From positions 248,001 to 312,000 of IMG/VR virus record IMGVR_UViG_3300032334_001259: a DNA stretch of 64,000 nt. One strand, 5' to 3'. The position numbers and the translations under genes are program-made. Shown here in pieces: positions 30,069 to 39,802 of this stretch. The notes under the pieces are model-generated. The model made no database searches. It was not told the origin of the DNA and saw nothing but the letters and a program-made list of their open reading frames with translations. Position 1 is the first letter of the stretch. Each line of letters opens with the position of its first letter.

Positions 30069-30349
30069 TATACGTAATCCTCACTACATGTTGGACACAA
30101 CAGTGTGCGTGTCATTTCTTTTATATCTGGGTTATCAAATCTTGAAAATGCATCCCATACTGGTTCCATCTTGTAATAAGAATAGTTCCAACCACGCAAC
30201 TGTTCTTTGCGCTTTGCTGCACGGTTTTCAATATTATCAGCAAGGTTATCCCGCTCGCTTTCCTCATGTGCGTGTTCTTCTGTATGGCTACACGCATCAC
30301 ACGTAAGCGTAAGATGATATGTTTTAACTGTGAAGGTATCTAAACCCAT
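30068..30349 (-). CDS. small zinc-ribbon protein
   Basis: CDAC...CPTC; start revised to MGLDT. Confidence 0.6.
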   Translation of the reverse strand: MGLDTFTVKTYHLTLTCDACSHTEEHAHEESERDNLADNIENRAAKRKEQLRGWNYSYYKMEPVWDAFSRFDNPDIKEMTRTLLCPTCSEDYV

Positions 30350-30525
30350 CAGTAAGTCTCTACTTCTTTCAACAACCGCTGACAGCGTTTGCGCCAATCA
30401 TCACGCTGCTGTTGTGCCTTTTCATAACTCAATTCATGCGAGTCATTAGCAATAAACCATACCAAATCACGATACTTCTCTAACTTGGCAATCTTTTCAC
30501 GGATTGCGGTAATTTCCGCTTCCAT
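30349..30525 (-). CDS. 58-aa hypothetical protein (not in ORF track)
   Basis: MEAEITAIREKIAKLEKYRDLVWFIANDSHELSYEK...; start and stop both overlap neighbours. Confidence 0.65.
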   Translation of the reverse strand: MEAEITAIREKIAKLEKYRDLVWFIANDSHELSYEKAQQQRDDWRKRCQRLLKEVETY

Positions 30526-30974
30526 TACCGATACACTCCTGATCCAGCAATATCTTTTAAGGTATGACCATGCAAGTCCTTGCGGAAGTTATCACGACCT
30601 TCTGCACTCATTTCAGCATAATCTAATTTGTATGCCAACCGACCACATCCAAAATACACGCAAATGTGGGTTTCGTGCCTGACCACTACCGTGTAGGCAC
30701 CCGAAATTGCAGCACCACCCATGCCACCATAACCAAGTGCAGTGCTGCCCCAAGTCTGTGGGAACATTACTACTTCAACTTCATCTGCCTGAACACGGCG
30801 AGTTTTAGTAACTCTTGGTACGGTGTCGGTCTTCATTGCCGCACCTTGTTGTTCCTTGCTCAAAGCACGGTAAGCATCCCAATCTCGGTCTTGGTAGGTA
30901 ATTTCAGGCAAGTCACGATGCACAGCAGCGGCTACGGCTTCATGCAGTGCATCAAATGGTGTTCCTAATCTCAT
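30525..30974 (-). CDS. conserved phage hypothetical protein
   Basis: FPQTWGSTALGYGG.GG.AI..AYT.V...VYFG motif. Confidence 0.75.
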   Translation of the reverse strand: MRLGTPFDALHEAVAAAVHRDLPEITYQDRDWDAYRALSKEQQGAAMKTDTVPRVTKTRRVQADEVEVVMFPQTWGSTALGYGGMGGAAISGAYTVVVRHETHICVYFGCGRLAYKLDYAEMSAEGRDNFRKDLHGHTLKDIAGSGVYR

Positions 30975-31204
30975 TATTCAACTCCAAAATATTTCTTTAT
31001 ATCATCACGAATCTTTTGAGCAGTGCCATCAATTGTAGCATGAACATCACACCATTCCATACATTCACGCACAATCAACTGCGCAAACTTCTCAACATCT
31101 TCTTGTTCGGCATGTCCATTAATAAAGTAGTGTCTAGGTGTTTCATGATCTACATAGTTCAACAGACCAGCATCTAACGCAAGTTCTTTAATTCGCTCGT
31201 TCAT
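30974..31204 (-). CDS. hypothetical protein
   Basis: MNERIKELA...EKFAQLIVREC...IKKYFGVE phage-type small ORF. Confidence 0.7.
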   Translation of the reverse strand: MNERIKELALDAGLLNYVDHETPRHYFINGHAEQEDVEKFAQLIVRECMEWCDVHATIDGTAQKIRDDIKKYFGVE

Positions 31205-31505
31205 CATCCCAATTTTCCCAACACTCATACTCATCGTCCCAATGACGATTATCATATAATTTAATACTAACATAGAACCATAGTATTGTCAAGTCAAATT
31301 CTGGACCAGCATGATCACGACCAAACCACCAAGTGTCAAGATTGATGCTAAAAAATTCATCTAAACCGCTCCAAAATGAAACTTGTATTTCAAAATGTTT
31401 ATGTCTGGTAATGCGGTAATTTCGTAAAAAAACATTACGAGTTGATACCCAAGACTTGGCAAATGGATTGCCTATTCTCAAATGAAATCCTATCATTCTG
31501 CCCAC
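31188..31505 (-). CDS. hypothetical protein
   Basis: DHAGP and YDNRHWD motifs. Confidence 0.7.
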   Translation of the reverse strand: MGRMIGFHLRIGNPFAKSWVSTRNVFLRNYRITRHKHFEIQVSFWSGLDEFFSINLDTWWFGRDHAGPEFDLTILWFYVSIKLYDNRHWDDEYECWENWDDERAN

Positions 31506-31738
31506 CTCATTGCAAATAGTGTTGCATGTTCTGGATTATTAAACCTTATCTTTGTTTGTTTATACGTTGGTTTAGTTCTACTATCTGTATGCCACATTTC
31601 CCAACCATATGCTTTTAATCGTCGTTCATACGTTTTAACTTGACCTACATTTTCAACAAGCCAAATTACAATCTGCGACCACTCTTCGCCACCACGCCCA
31701 TACAAACCAGGTATTGTAATTGTTTTGCTCATGACCAA
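31493..31738 (-). CDS. small protein of a paralogous family ending F-x-x-x-E-x-A-x-x-F-x-x-R-W
   Basis: C-terminus IRFNNPEHATLFAMRWAE. Confidence 0.65.
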   Translation of the reverse strand: MVMSKTITIPGLYGRGGEEWSQIVIWLVENVGQVKTYERRLKAYGWEMWHTDSRTKPTYKQTKIRFNNPEHATLFAMRWAE

Positions 31739-31917
31739 CGAACCAAAAATAAAATATACGCCTCTTTATCAAAAAAGTCAATAGTTTCCCAACCACGATA
31801 GCCAAATGAATTGTTTGGTAAGTTATCCAAGCACCATTTTAGTATTTCTTCAAAAGAAGCAATACCATTATATTGCCATTCATTATACCATTGCCAATTC
31901 TCTGCTTTTATGCCCAT
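31729..31917 (-). CDS. small protein, same paralogous family
   Basis: C-terminus DFFDKEAYILFLVRWS. Confidence 0.65.
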   Translation of the reverse strand: MGIKAENWQWYNEWQYNGIASFEEILKWCLDNLPNNSFGYRGWETIDFFDKEAYILFLVRWS

Positions 31918-32132
31918 CGTACTGCCCACAATAAAAAATCTTCCTCACTGGCAAATTCAAGTGATACAAATCTTCCTTGGTCTCTGCCTATCGTTATACC
32001 TTGATCCTCATGCCACACTTCTGCTAATTGAATTAAGTGTTTTGGGTATTTTAGTTTACCATTATATTTTTTTACAATATAGGTATTACAACGATCAAAC
32101 TGCCGTGAAACTTGGTTTATATCAATTATCAT
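31908..32132 (-). CDS. small protein, same paralogous family
   Basis: C-terminus LEFASEEDFLLWAVRWA; GAGGT SD before MIIDIN. Confidence 0.65.
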   Translation of the reverse strand: MIIDINQVSRQFDRCNTYIVKKYNGKLKYPKHLIQLAEVWHEDQGITIGRDQGRFVSLEFASEEDFLLWAVRWA

Positions 32133-32160
32133 ACCTACCTCAAAAAAGTAGTGGGCAACA

Positions 32161-33432
32161 TCAGTCGCCCACTGCACCATCATAGTTCCACTTAAATGAA
32201 CCCCATAGTGAACGGGCTTCATCTACTTTGGTCTGGCTACCAAGATGCTTGCGGATCAAATCCATAACCATCTTACGAGTATTCTTACCATCAAACTTAC
32301 CAAACACAATACCAGGTGCAAACTGGTCTTGTGCCTTGATAGTAGGCATCCACTCTAACGCATAACGCTTGCGGTCAAGACCATGAGCAACAACCGTGTC
32401 AAAATAGTGATCATATGACTTCACGGTTTGGTTTACACCAATCCAAAAATCGGTTTCAAAATCTTCAACACGCTTGCGGTCATCATCCAACATAAACGCC
32501 TTTGCATCATCCATCTTTTCTTCAACAAGAAGTTCAATGATGTTCTTCTCGTGAAGCAGATGATCCTTGGTCTTATGAATACGCAAATACCACTCACCCT
32601 TGCACTTGACCATGTGACCATCGTCAAAGCGTATGATATAACCTTCAATGCCTTCTGCATCTTTGGTTTCATCCATAAGGTGTGACATAGATTGTGCAGA
32701 ACCTTGGTAAGTCTGCACCACTTCTATGTCAAACATATCACCGTATTCTTGCAACCATTGTAGGCTTGCATACACGCCGCTATCCTTACGACGAGCAGCA
32801 ATCAACACAAGACGATCTACAGGATAGTCCACAACAATACGTTGCTTACGTGAACACCATTCAAAGATAGGAGTGTAACCTGTCTTGTTTTCACACCAAC
32901 GAGCAAATTGCTCATACTGTGGATGACGAGCAACAAACTCTTCTGCTTGCATAGAGACTTCGGTCAAACCCATCTTGGTTCCCCAACGGATGCTACCATC
33001 AGGCATGTAGACAGGCGTGATCATAGAGCCGTCTAACTTCTCCAAGATAACATGTGGCTGCGTGAAGTCAATCACACCAAACTGCGTTTCATCACGTTCA
33101 CCAATGTTGAAGAACTTGTGCAGACGGCGTGACATGATAGAGCCGTCCTTGTGGAACAGCATACCACGACACTCACGACGAATAGCCGCAAGGTTGACAG
33201 ATTCAGGGCAACGCTGTGAACCACAGTGATCAATATCCTTGATCAATTGCTTGCAACCAGGACACCAGTATTCATCTTCCGTAACAGGAGGAAAGGTATC
33301 GGTCATGGATACCATGTAGTTGACTACATAGCCCCAATCACGTTCTGCAATGATAAACTCATCACGACCTTCAATCGCAGGACGAACCTGATCAAGGTGG
33401 GTGATGCGTGGGAAATCATACTTCATAGCCAT
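32161..33432 (-). CDS. RNA ligase 1 (T4 Rnl1/RnlA-like)
   Basis: RECRG, KFFN, EKLDGS adenylation motif, FEW, EGYI and KCK..WY; promoter TTGACA-16-TATTAT. Confidence 0.92.
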   Translation of the reverse strand: MAMKYDFPRITHLDQVRPAIEGRDEFIIAERDWGYVVNYMVSMTDTFPPVTEDEYWCPGCKQLIKDIDHCGSQRCPESVNLAAIRRECRGMLFHKDGSIMSRRLHKFFNIGERDETQFGVIDFTQPHVILEKLDGSMITPVYMPDGSIRWGTKMGLTEVSMQAEEFVARHPQYEQFARWCENKTGYTPIFEWCSRKQRIVVDYPVDRLVLIAARRKDSGVYASLQWLQEYGDMFDIEVVQTYQGSAQSMSHLMDETKDAEGIEGYIIRFDDGHMVKCKGEWYLRIHKTKDHLLHEKNIIELLVEEKMDDAKAFMLDDDRKRVEDFETDFWIGVNQTVKSYDHYFDTVVAHGLDRKRYALEWMPTIKAQDQFAPGIVFGKFDGKNTRKMVMDLIRKHLGSQTKVDEARSLWGSFKWNYDGAVGD

Positions 33433-33458
33433 TCTCCATTAGGCTATAATACCACAAT

Positions 33459-33671
33459 TTAGCGGTTTGTCAAGAGATCAATTCGGGTCTTAAGTACTTC
33501 TAATTCAAAGAGTTTTCCAAAGGCTTTACGGGCTTCCCGTTCACATTGGTCCTCTAACCTGTCAAAATGGTCTACTAACAGGTAGGCTTGATAGGAATAA
33601 AATACTAAAATAGCACATATTCCCATGCCCAATAACCAAGCCAAAAATAGCGACAAATAATATAATATCAT
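33459..33671 (-). CDS. small membrane protein
   Basis: N-terminal TM helix; promoter TTGACA-16-TATGAT (33678-33705) ends 6 nt before the ATG. Confidence 0.65.
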   Translation of the reverse strand: MILYYLSLFLAWLLGMGICAILVFYSYQAYLLVDHFDRLEDQCEREARKAFGKLFELEVLKTRIDLLTNR

Positions 33672-35620
33672 GCTGCTATCATAGCATGATCTTGGGGTTT
33701 GTCAACCTTTAAATTTTCGGTTTTAATATGGGCAATACCAAAGTTTTCACGGCGTTTCCAGTAGATATATTCCAAATACTGTGCTTCGGTAAGATTAACA
33801 TCGCCATTATACTTGAATGTTACATGAACTGGTGTTTCAAGTTTAGTATTGTGCAGTAGATAATTGTAGAAATCGTAGTTGTATGTTCCAGTTACAGGAT
33901 AGTTTTTAAGTGTATGATAATCAATTACACTCTTGCGTTGGAAGTCAATCAATTCATCAATAAACTTCTTGTCAACTTTGTATGTCTTACGCACAAATGC
34001 TTCAACCAAATTAAGAACATGTTCGATCTTATTATTAGCAACAATACTAATAATAATCTTCCACATCAAACTCATGCGACGAATAGTAAAGTTATTAACC
34101 ATCATCTTTTCATTACCACCAGTCCAACTATCATAGAAGTCAGCGATAGATTGGAACTCATTGCGCATAAACTCATCGCCTTGAAAATATTCATACAAGT
34201 TTTCATAGAAGTCAGCATAACTTACGCCAAACTTTTTGTTCAATACACGTGCAACATAACTTGTAATACCATTGGTATGCAGACCCATAAGATAACAACT
34301 GAATATAAGTGACTTCTTAAAATCTTCTGGTGGCATATCTTTTGTTGCAACAGTGATTTCCACGCTCTCTTGCAAATCATCAAAGTTGTTTACACCATGG
34401 AAATAATCTGGTGCAAGGATTGTTTTAATTTGGAACTCATCACGTTGCGCCAAGTTAAGTTCAGCATTTTCAAGCAACATACTGATCCATACTTCAATAC
34501 CGTTGTGATTACCTGCTTCAAAGATGCGATAGAAGTTCTTGCGCCAAGTATCATATGTTTCACCTGGCAAACCAAGAATGAGTTCACTATAAACAGGAAT
34601 ATTTGCTTCTTCACAAAGTTTATAAATTTCACCTACACGGTTGATTTCAAGGTTCTTACGCTTAATATTAGCCAACACATCTTCATCAAGACTTTGGAAT
34701 GATACTGTTAAACCATAATTTGGGAAGTTACTGTTGATAAACTTGCTTACGATCTCAACAACTTCTTTCTTCTGGTTCTTGGCATAGTTAATAACATAGT
34801 TACGTGGATAACCATACTTGTAATTGGTTTCAATAAGTTTATCCGCAATCAACAAATCACGTTCTGGAAAAATACCAAAGTTAGCATCACAAATTGTAAA
34901 ATGGTCTAACTTGTTTTGTCCCATCCATTCAATTTCAGCAAATACACGTTCTAAATCAAACTGCTTAATCTTGCTTTGTGTGATACTACCCCAATCACAG
35001 AATGTGCACATATATGGGCAACCACGATTGGTTTCTAACATACCATTCCAAGTAACAAGTGGATTGTCTGCCATAATCTTTTGGAATAATCCGCTTGTAT
35101 ATGGACTTGGAATTTCATCAAGTTTATCAATACGTTTGCTTACACCAGTATCAACACGTTTACCATTATCGTTTACAAGAATACCCTTGACACTTTTTAA
35201 ATCGTCACGGTTAAGTAACATGTTTTTAAAACTGATTTCACCTTCATTCTTAATGACTACATCCATAAATGGATAACGTTCAAAGATGTCCATCTTTTCA
35301 ATCTGTGGTTCTGGACCACCAAATACAATCAATATATGCGGATATAATTTCTTAATAGTTTTAGCCAGTTTGTAATTATAATTACGATTCCAAATATATG
35401 TAGAGAAACCTACAATATCTGCATCTTTAAGTTTTTCAACAGCGACATCAATATCGTCTCGTCTCCATAACATTTCACCAAGTTCATATTGGTCAGTTAC
35501 TTCACTAAACTGACTTACATAACTCCACAGCAGTCCTACGCTGTAGGGTAGATAAAATGCGTTAAGGTGTGTTGGACCTTGTTGGAAGTTGACACTTACG
35601 AAGCTGATTTTCTTTTTCAT
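33668..35620 (-). CDS. B12-binding radical SAM enzyme
   Basis: GFSTYIWN, GGP, ETNRGCPYMCTFCDWG, DANFG and LILGLPGET motifs. Confidence 0.92.
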   Translation of the reverse strand: MKKKISFVSVNFQQGPTHLNAFYLPYSVGLLWSYVSQFSEVTDQYELGEMLWRRDDIDVAVEKLKDADIVGFSTYIWNRNYNYKLAKTIKKLYPHILIVFGGPEPQIEKMDIFERYPFMDVVIKNEGEISFKNMLLNRDDLKSVKGILVNDNGKRVDTGVSKRIDKLDEIPSPYTSGLFQKIMADNPLVTWNGMLETNRGCPYMCTFCDWGSITQSKIKQFDLERVFAEIEWMGQNKLDHFTICDANFGIFPERDLLIADKLIETNYKYGYPRNYVINYAKNQKKEVVEIVSKFINSNFPNYGLTVSFQSLDEDVLANIKRKNLEINRVGEIYKLCEEANIPVYSELILGLPGETYDTWRKNFYRIFEAGNHNGIEVWISMLLENAELNLAQRDEFQIKTILAPDYFHGVNNFDDLQESVEITVATKDMPPEDFKKSLIFSCYLMGLHTNGITSYVARVLNKKFGVSYADFYENLYEYFQGDEFMRNEFQSIADFYDSWTGGNEKMMVNNFTIRRMSLMWKIIISIVANNKIEHVLNLVEAFVRKTYKVDKKFIDELIDFQRKSVIDYHTLKNYPVTGTYNYDFYNYLLHNTKLETPVHVTFKYNGDVNLTEAQYLEYIYWKRRENFGIAHIKTENLKVDKPQDHAMIAA

Positions 35621-35630
35621 GATAAAATAT

Positions 35631-36302
35631 TTATTGTCCTGTGATTTCACATAATTGTTTTATTGTAGTTATTTTACTATCTTGATTACATAAGTCAATA
35701 TACTTTTGTGTATCACGACTCCATTCAGCACCTGTCCACCATTCAAAACCTGATAACTTTGCTTTGTAAATAGAACCTTTTTCATATCCACTACCTATAT
35801 AGAGATAATTTAATCCTAATTGTGCTGCGCAGTTTACTTCAAAGTTTAACATATCTAATCCAAACTTATTTTTTGGATGCGGTATGTAGGCATTAAATTG
35901 ACTTTCTAATCCACCCGTATATTTTGCAAACTTTGTGAAACCAACTAATTCATCATTTACATAATACTCCATCCAACGATCACGTTCATTTGTTACAAAT
36001 GGGTCATAGATTGGTGGATATTTTTTGCTTGTAATATAAGTTTGCCAGATTTGTTTGTATAATTCTATATTTGGATTATTTTCTATAAAAAATATACGGC
36101 AGTTTTGTTGTTGATAATTTAGTTTCCAATTCGCAATACAAATACGTGTGCTACGTGACTGATACCATAGGTCATTATATAGCAACCAACCATTCGCTAA
36201 TGCTTCACCTTCTTCATGTGGTTCACATTGCAGATTTACATTATATAATTGTATACTGTTGTTTTCTTGTTGACCGTAATAGTGGTCATAAGTAATCTTC
36301 AT
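35631..36302 (-). CDS. aminoacyl-tRNA-protein transferase-like (Bpt/ATE1, GNAT fold)
   Basis: AL.NGW...W.QSRSTRI N-part; LNYLYIGSGY....YK..L.GFE C-terminal motif. Confidence 0.6.
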   Translation of the reverse strand: MKITYDHYYGQQENNSIQLYNVNLQCEPHEEGEALANGWLLYNDLWYQSRSTRICIANWKLNYQQQNCRIFFIENNPNIELYKQIWQTYITSKKYPPIYDPFVTNERDRWMEYYVNDELVGFTKFAKYTGGLESQFNAYIPHPKNKFGLDMLNFEVNCAAQLGLNYLYIGSGYEKGSIYKAKLSGFEWWTGAEWSRDTQKYIDLCNQDSKITTIKQLCEITGQ

Positions 36303-36316
36303 ACAGGTAATTATAG

Positions 36317-36811
36317 ATGGTTGACATAGATATCGCAAAAAGTAAAATCAGCGATTGGATAATTAATTTTTTAGATGTTCCGCAAGAAACACTTAATAAC
36401 ATTGCTCCTTGTCCTTATGCTAAAAATGCATTATTGGGTAATAAAATAAAGTTTGTTGCTGGTGGTGAAAACATAATAGATGATATGTTATATTTTCATT
36501 ATCGTTGGGATTTTAATTATGACGGTGTAGTTATAGTATATCCAAAAACAATTGATGCTGACCGTTTTGTAAACAGTGTGGCAGAAGTCAATACTGGGTA
36601 TTATACTTTTAGTGGATTGCTTGCACTTGAAGATCATCCACAAATAGATGAAACTATTGCTGGTGTTAATTTAAATAATGGCGATTATGCATTGGTCATT
36701 ATTCAACCAGCAGTTAAGCTACAAAAAGCTATGAAAATTTTACAAACCAAAGGTTATTATAAAAACTGGACACAGCAAGATTTAGACAATGTTGTTAATT
36801 GGAGATGGTAA
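36317..36811 (+). CDS. DUF1415-like protein
   Basis: WI..F...LN...PCPYA and DHP motifs. Confidence 0.5.
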   Translation: MVDIDIAKSKISDWIINFLDVPQETLNNIAPCPYAKNALLGNKIKFVAGGENIIDDMLYFHYRWDFNYDGVVIVYPKTIDADRFVNSVAEVNTGYYTFSGLLALEDHPQIDETIAGVNLNNGDYALVIIQPAVKLQKAMKILQTKGYYKNWTQQDLDNVVNWRW

Positions 36812-37864
36812 TTGTATAGCGTTTACCAACATTGGGACAAACTTAAAACGTGTGTAGTTGGTCAAAGTTATCCACCAGAATTTTATAGTTATATTACTAA
36901 TCCCCGTGTTCGCAACGTTATGGAACGTATTGCCATTGAGACAGAAGAAGACTATCAAAAATTAATTACATTATTAAAAAGTTTTGATGTTAAAATATTA
37001 CGTCCTGAATTGAAAGATTCAATTGAATTTTATAAAATTGAAAATAAAAAATACTCACCTCCACCAATGAATCCACGTGATGATTCTGGCATGTTTGGAA
37101 ATACTTTTTACATCAACAACCATTTTGATTTTTATACTAACATTATTAAAGATATACAAAATACTAATACAGTAATACAAGGTAAAAATATTAACACAGC
37201 CTCAATAACAAGAATAGGCAAAGATTTGTATTTTGGAACACCATCTGAAAAAGATTTATACAAATTTATTGAACCTAAGTTTGCACATAAAGAAAAATTT
37301 TTAAAACAAAAAGAAAAAATTTTAAAACAACATATGGTAAAACAAACAGAGAATTTTCCATCTTATAGATGTCATGTTGTTAAAAGTGAAGGACACATTG
37401 ATGGATGTTTTTGTCCAGTTGTTCCAGGTCTTATTGTAAGTTTATATAATGTTCAAACTTACAGTAAATCATTTCCTAAATGGGAAGTTATATATTTGCC
37501 AAATCAAAGTTTTAATGTAATTGAGTCTTTTAGAAAACTAAAAAATAAAAATAATGGTAAATGGTGGATACCAGGTGAAGAATTAAATGATGATTTAACT
37601 GATTTTATTGAATCATGGTTAAATCATTGGGTAGGATATGTTGAAGAAACAGTTTTTGATGTTAATATGTTGGTAATTGATAAAAAAAATGTAGTTTGTA
37701 ACAACTACAACAAAACTGTGTTTGATGCTTTTGATAGGCATGGTATAACACCTCATGTAATCAATTTTAGACATCGTTATTTTTGGGATGGTGGTCTACA
37801 TTGTATTACAAGCGATTTAGACCGTGATGGTGTTATGGAAGATTATTTTCCAGAAAGACTTTGA
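36812..37864 (+). CDS. amidinotransferase (pentein superfamily)
   Basis: WD.LK..VVG, NPRD, GHIDG, FDVNML and GGLHCIT catalytic Cys motif; TTG start. Confidence 0.88.
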   Translation: MYSVYQHWDKLKTCVVGQSYPPEFYSYITNPRVRNVMERIAIETEEDYQKLITLLKSFDVKILRPELKDSIEFYKIENKKYSPPPMNPRDDSGMFGNTFYINNHFDFYTNIIKDIQNTNTVIQGKNINTASITRIGKDLYFGTPSEKDLYKFIEPKFAHKEKFLKQKEKILKQHMVKQTENFPSYRCHVVKSEGHIDGCFCPVVPGLIVSLYNVQTYSKSFPKWEVIYLPNQSFNVIESFRKLKNKNNGKWWIPGEELNDDLTDFIESWLNHWVGYVEETVFDVNMLVIDKKNVVCNNYNKTVFDAFDRHGITPHVINFRHRYFWDGGLHCITSDLDRDGVMEDYFPERL

Positions 37865-38322
37865 TATTCATTATATAAATCATAATAAGCATCGCTTACT
37901 TGTTGCGGTGTAATACCAGCATGACGAAATCCATTTAAGATAGACCTTACATAACTCATACTTGGTAAATCACCATCTAAACTTTCACGTGCTACAGGTG
38001 TCATATAATATACCCATGCTTCATAACGTTTTCCACCACTTATAACTGGAACAGTTTTACGACCATAAAAACGTGGGTAACCTTCAACTGCATCTAACTC
38101 ACGAATATAATCAGTTGGCAATTCCCAAAGAACACCATCTACACTGCTACCACCACGTTCATAAACATTTGCAAATCTTGCAAATTCATAAGCATAATTT
38201 TGTAGCACTGCAGGTCCAATAAATTTAGCACCAGGCATCATTTGTGGATCAGTAAGCATACCATAAGCGAAGTAATAAATTGGTTCACCACCTGCTTCTG
38301 TAATAATATCTTTTACTTGCAT
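37843..38322 (-). CDS. gamma-glutamylcyclotransferase-like protein (second copy)
   Basis: YFAYG, GVLWE, LDAVEGYP.FY and PS..Y motifs. Confidence 0.85.
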   Translation of the reverse strand: MQVKDIITEAGGEPIYYFAYGMLTDPQMMPGAKFIGPAVLQNYAYEFARFANVYERGGSSVDGVLWELPTDYIRELDAVEGYPRFYGRKTVPVISGGKRYEAWVYYMTPVARESLDGDLPSMSYVRSILNGFRHAGITPQQVSDAYYDLYNEYQSLSGK

Positions 38323-38325
38323 ATG

Positions 38326-38724
38326 TTATTTATTGCGGTCTTTCCAGACTTCATCATTGGCAATGGGTTGCAAAAAATGTATTAGTGCACCTTCCATTGC
38401 ACTTAACTCAGTTTCTTTTTGCAGTGGAATATAATATGTTTTCCAAAATTCAGTAGGATAATTAGAATTTTCCAATAAAGTTTTCCAACCTTCTGGCATG
38501 TAGATATTTTTATTACCAATAGTTTTTTGATAGTGCATATCTTGACGGGTTCTAATATTACCTTTGCCTATATAGACAATATCAGTATTATTATGAACAA
38601 TAATATAAACACCACGCATTTTTTGTCTTGGTATTTTACGCCAATCTAAAAAAGATATTTCTTTTATTTCACAATCAATATTAAAAAAATCAGAGCATTT
38701 TTTTACTGTATCTAATATTTTCAT
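38326..38724 (-). CDS. GIY-YIG nuclease-domain protein
   Basis: GVY...VYIGKG..R.R, E..LI..LQP..N. Confidence 0.75.
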   Translation of the reverse strand: MKILDTVKKCSDFFNIDCEIKEISFLDWRKIPRQKMRGVYIIVHNNTDIVYIGKGNIRTRQDMHYQKTIGNKNIYMPEGWKTLLENSNYPTEFWKTYYIPLQKETELSAMEGALIHFLQPIANDEVWKDRNK

Positions 38725-38738
38725 AAATCACCTGTTAA

Positions 38739-38815
38739 TGGCGATCTCACGTGGACTCGAACCACGACTCTGCCGCTTAGAAGGCGGCCGCTTTGTCCAG
38801 TTAAGCTATGAGACC
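38739..38815 (-). tRNA. tRNA-Arg(UCU)
   Basis: cloverleaf; anticodon arm GCCGC-CTTCTAA-GCGGC; GTTCGAG T-loop; encoded CCA. Confidence 0.95.
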
Positions 38816-39172
38816 ATCTAAATTAAATTCATCTTCCAAATATATTTTATCTACTTTTTGTATAAAGCTATTTGATAATCTTTTTGGTATAATTGTTTTA
38901 CATATTCTTATACTAACATCATGTGTTATTTTGTCAACTGCATTATTATGTCTTTGATCAATTACTAAACATAAAGTTTTACTAGCCTTATATATTTTAC
39001 TAAAAGTTGCCACACGGTTAGTAATGTATTCACTATAACCTACTTGAATTACTCCACCTTTGTAGGGTGTGTCTTGTGATACTTCAAACTCATCAATAAC
39101 TTTTAGATTTGTATCTTGACGAAGTAATTGTGAAATTTTTTCTATATCTTCAACAAGAAATAAAATTTTCAT
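38801..39172 (-). CDS. hypothetical protein (stop codon inside tRNA-Arg)
   Basis: 123-aa ORF coupled to the mtnN-like gene. Confidence 0.65.
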   Translation of the reverse strand: MKILFLVEDIEKISQLLRQDTNLKVIDEFEVSQDTPYKGGVIQVGYSEYITNRVATFSKIYKASKTLCLVIDQRHNNAVDKITHDVSIRICKTIIPKRLSNSFIQKVDKIYLEDEFNLDGLIA

Positions 39173-39702
39173 ACTAATATTTCTAAAAATTTTTCCGCAC
39201 CCTTGTGCATATTTTCTTTCCAGTGTGCACTTGCATCTTCATCTGCAAAATCAGTCATGTATTTGTAGCATTCAAATTGTTTATTAAATCTTTTACATAC
39301 TTTTGCAATAGCATATGCTTCCATATCAACAGCGTCAGTTAATAATTCAGGTTTAGATTTTACAAAGTTATCACCAGTGCTCAATGTGAACACACTATCA
39401 TTCAGAACAATAGGACCACCATCATCTTCAAATGGTGTATAACCTAACTGTGTAAGTGGTCTTGTATCCATATCACGTTGATAAACAGTTCCAATATTGA
39501 TTAACCGTCCAATAATATCTTTATTAAGTGCACCCGCTGTTCCATAGTTTATAATTTTAGAACAATTAGGATCTAATGCACAAATCTTCGTTGCGGCAAT
39601 AGTTGCATTTATTTTTCCAACACCAGTATAAACTATGCTTATACCAAGTGAATCAAACTTAATTGGAAATTCTGGTTCAAGTGCAACTAATATGTAAATC
39701 AT
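39169..39702 (-). CDS. mtnN: MTA/SAH nucleosidase-like (PNP_UDP_1 family)
   Basis: ALEPE, GVGKINA, NYGTAG, TGDNF, DMEAYA and TDFAD motifs. Confidence 0.85.
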   Translation of the reverse strand: MIYILVALEPEFPIKFDSLGISIVYTGVGKINATIAATKICALDPNCSKIINYGTAGALNKDIIGRLINIGTVYQRDMDTRPLTQLGYTPFEDDGGPIVLNDSVFTLSTGDNFVKSKPELLTDAVDMEAYAIAKVCKRFNKQFECYKYMTDFADEDASAHWKENMHKGAEKFLEILV

Positions 39703-39716
39703 AATAAAAAAAATAA

Positions 39717-39802
39717 TGGCGGAGCGTATAGGAATCGAACCTATTCAACCTTTCGGTTGTACACATTAGCAGTGTGCTGCATTACCGGCCTGCCCACGCT
39801 CC
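39717..39802 (-). tRNA. tRNA-Ser(GCU)
   Basis: anticodon arm GCACA-CTGCTAA-TGTGT; long variable arm CAACC-GAAA-GGTTG; G73; CCA. Confidence 0.95.
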
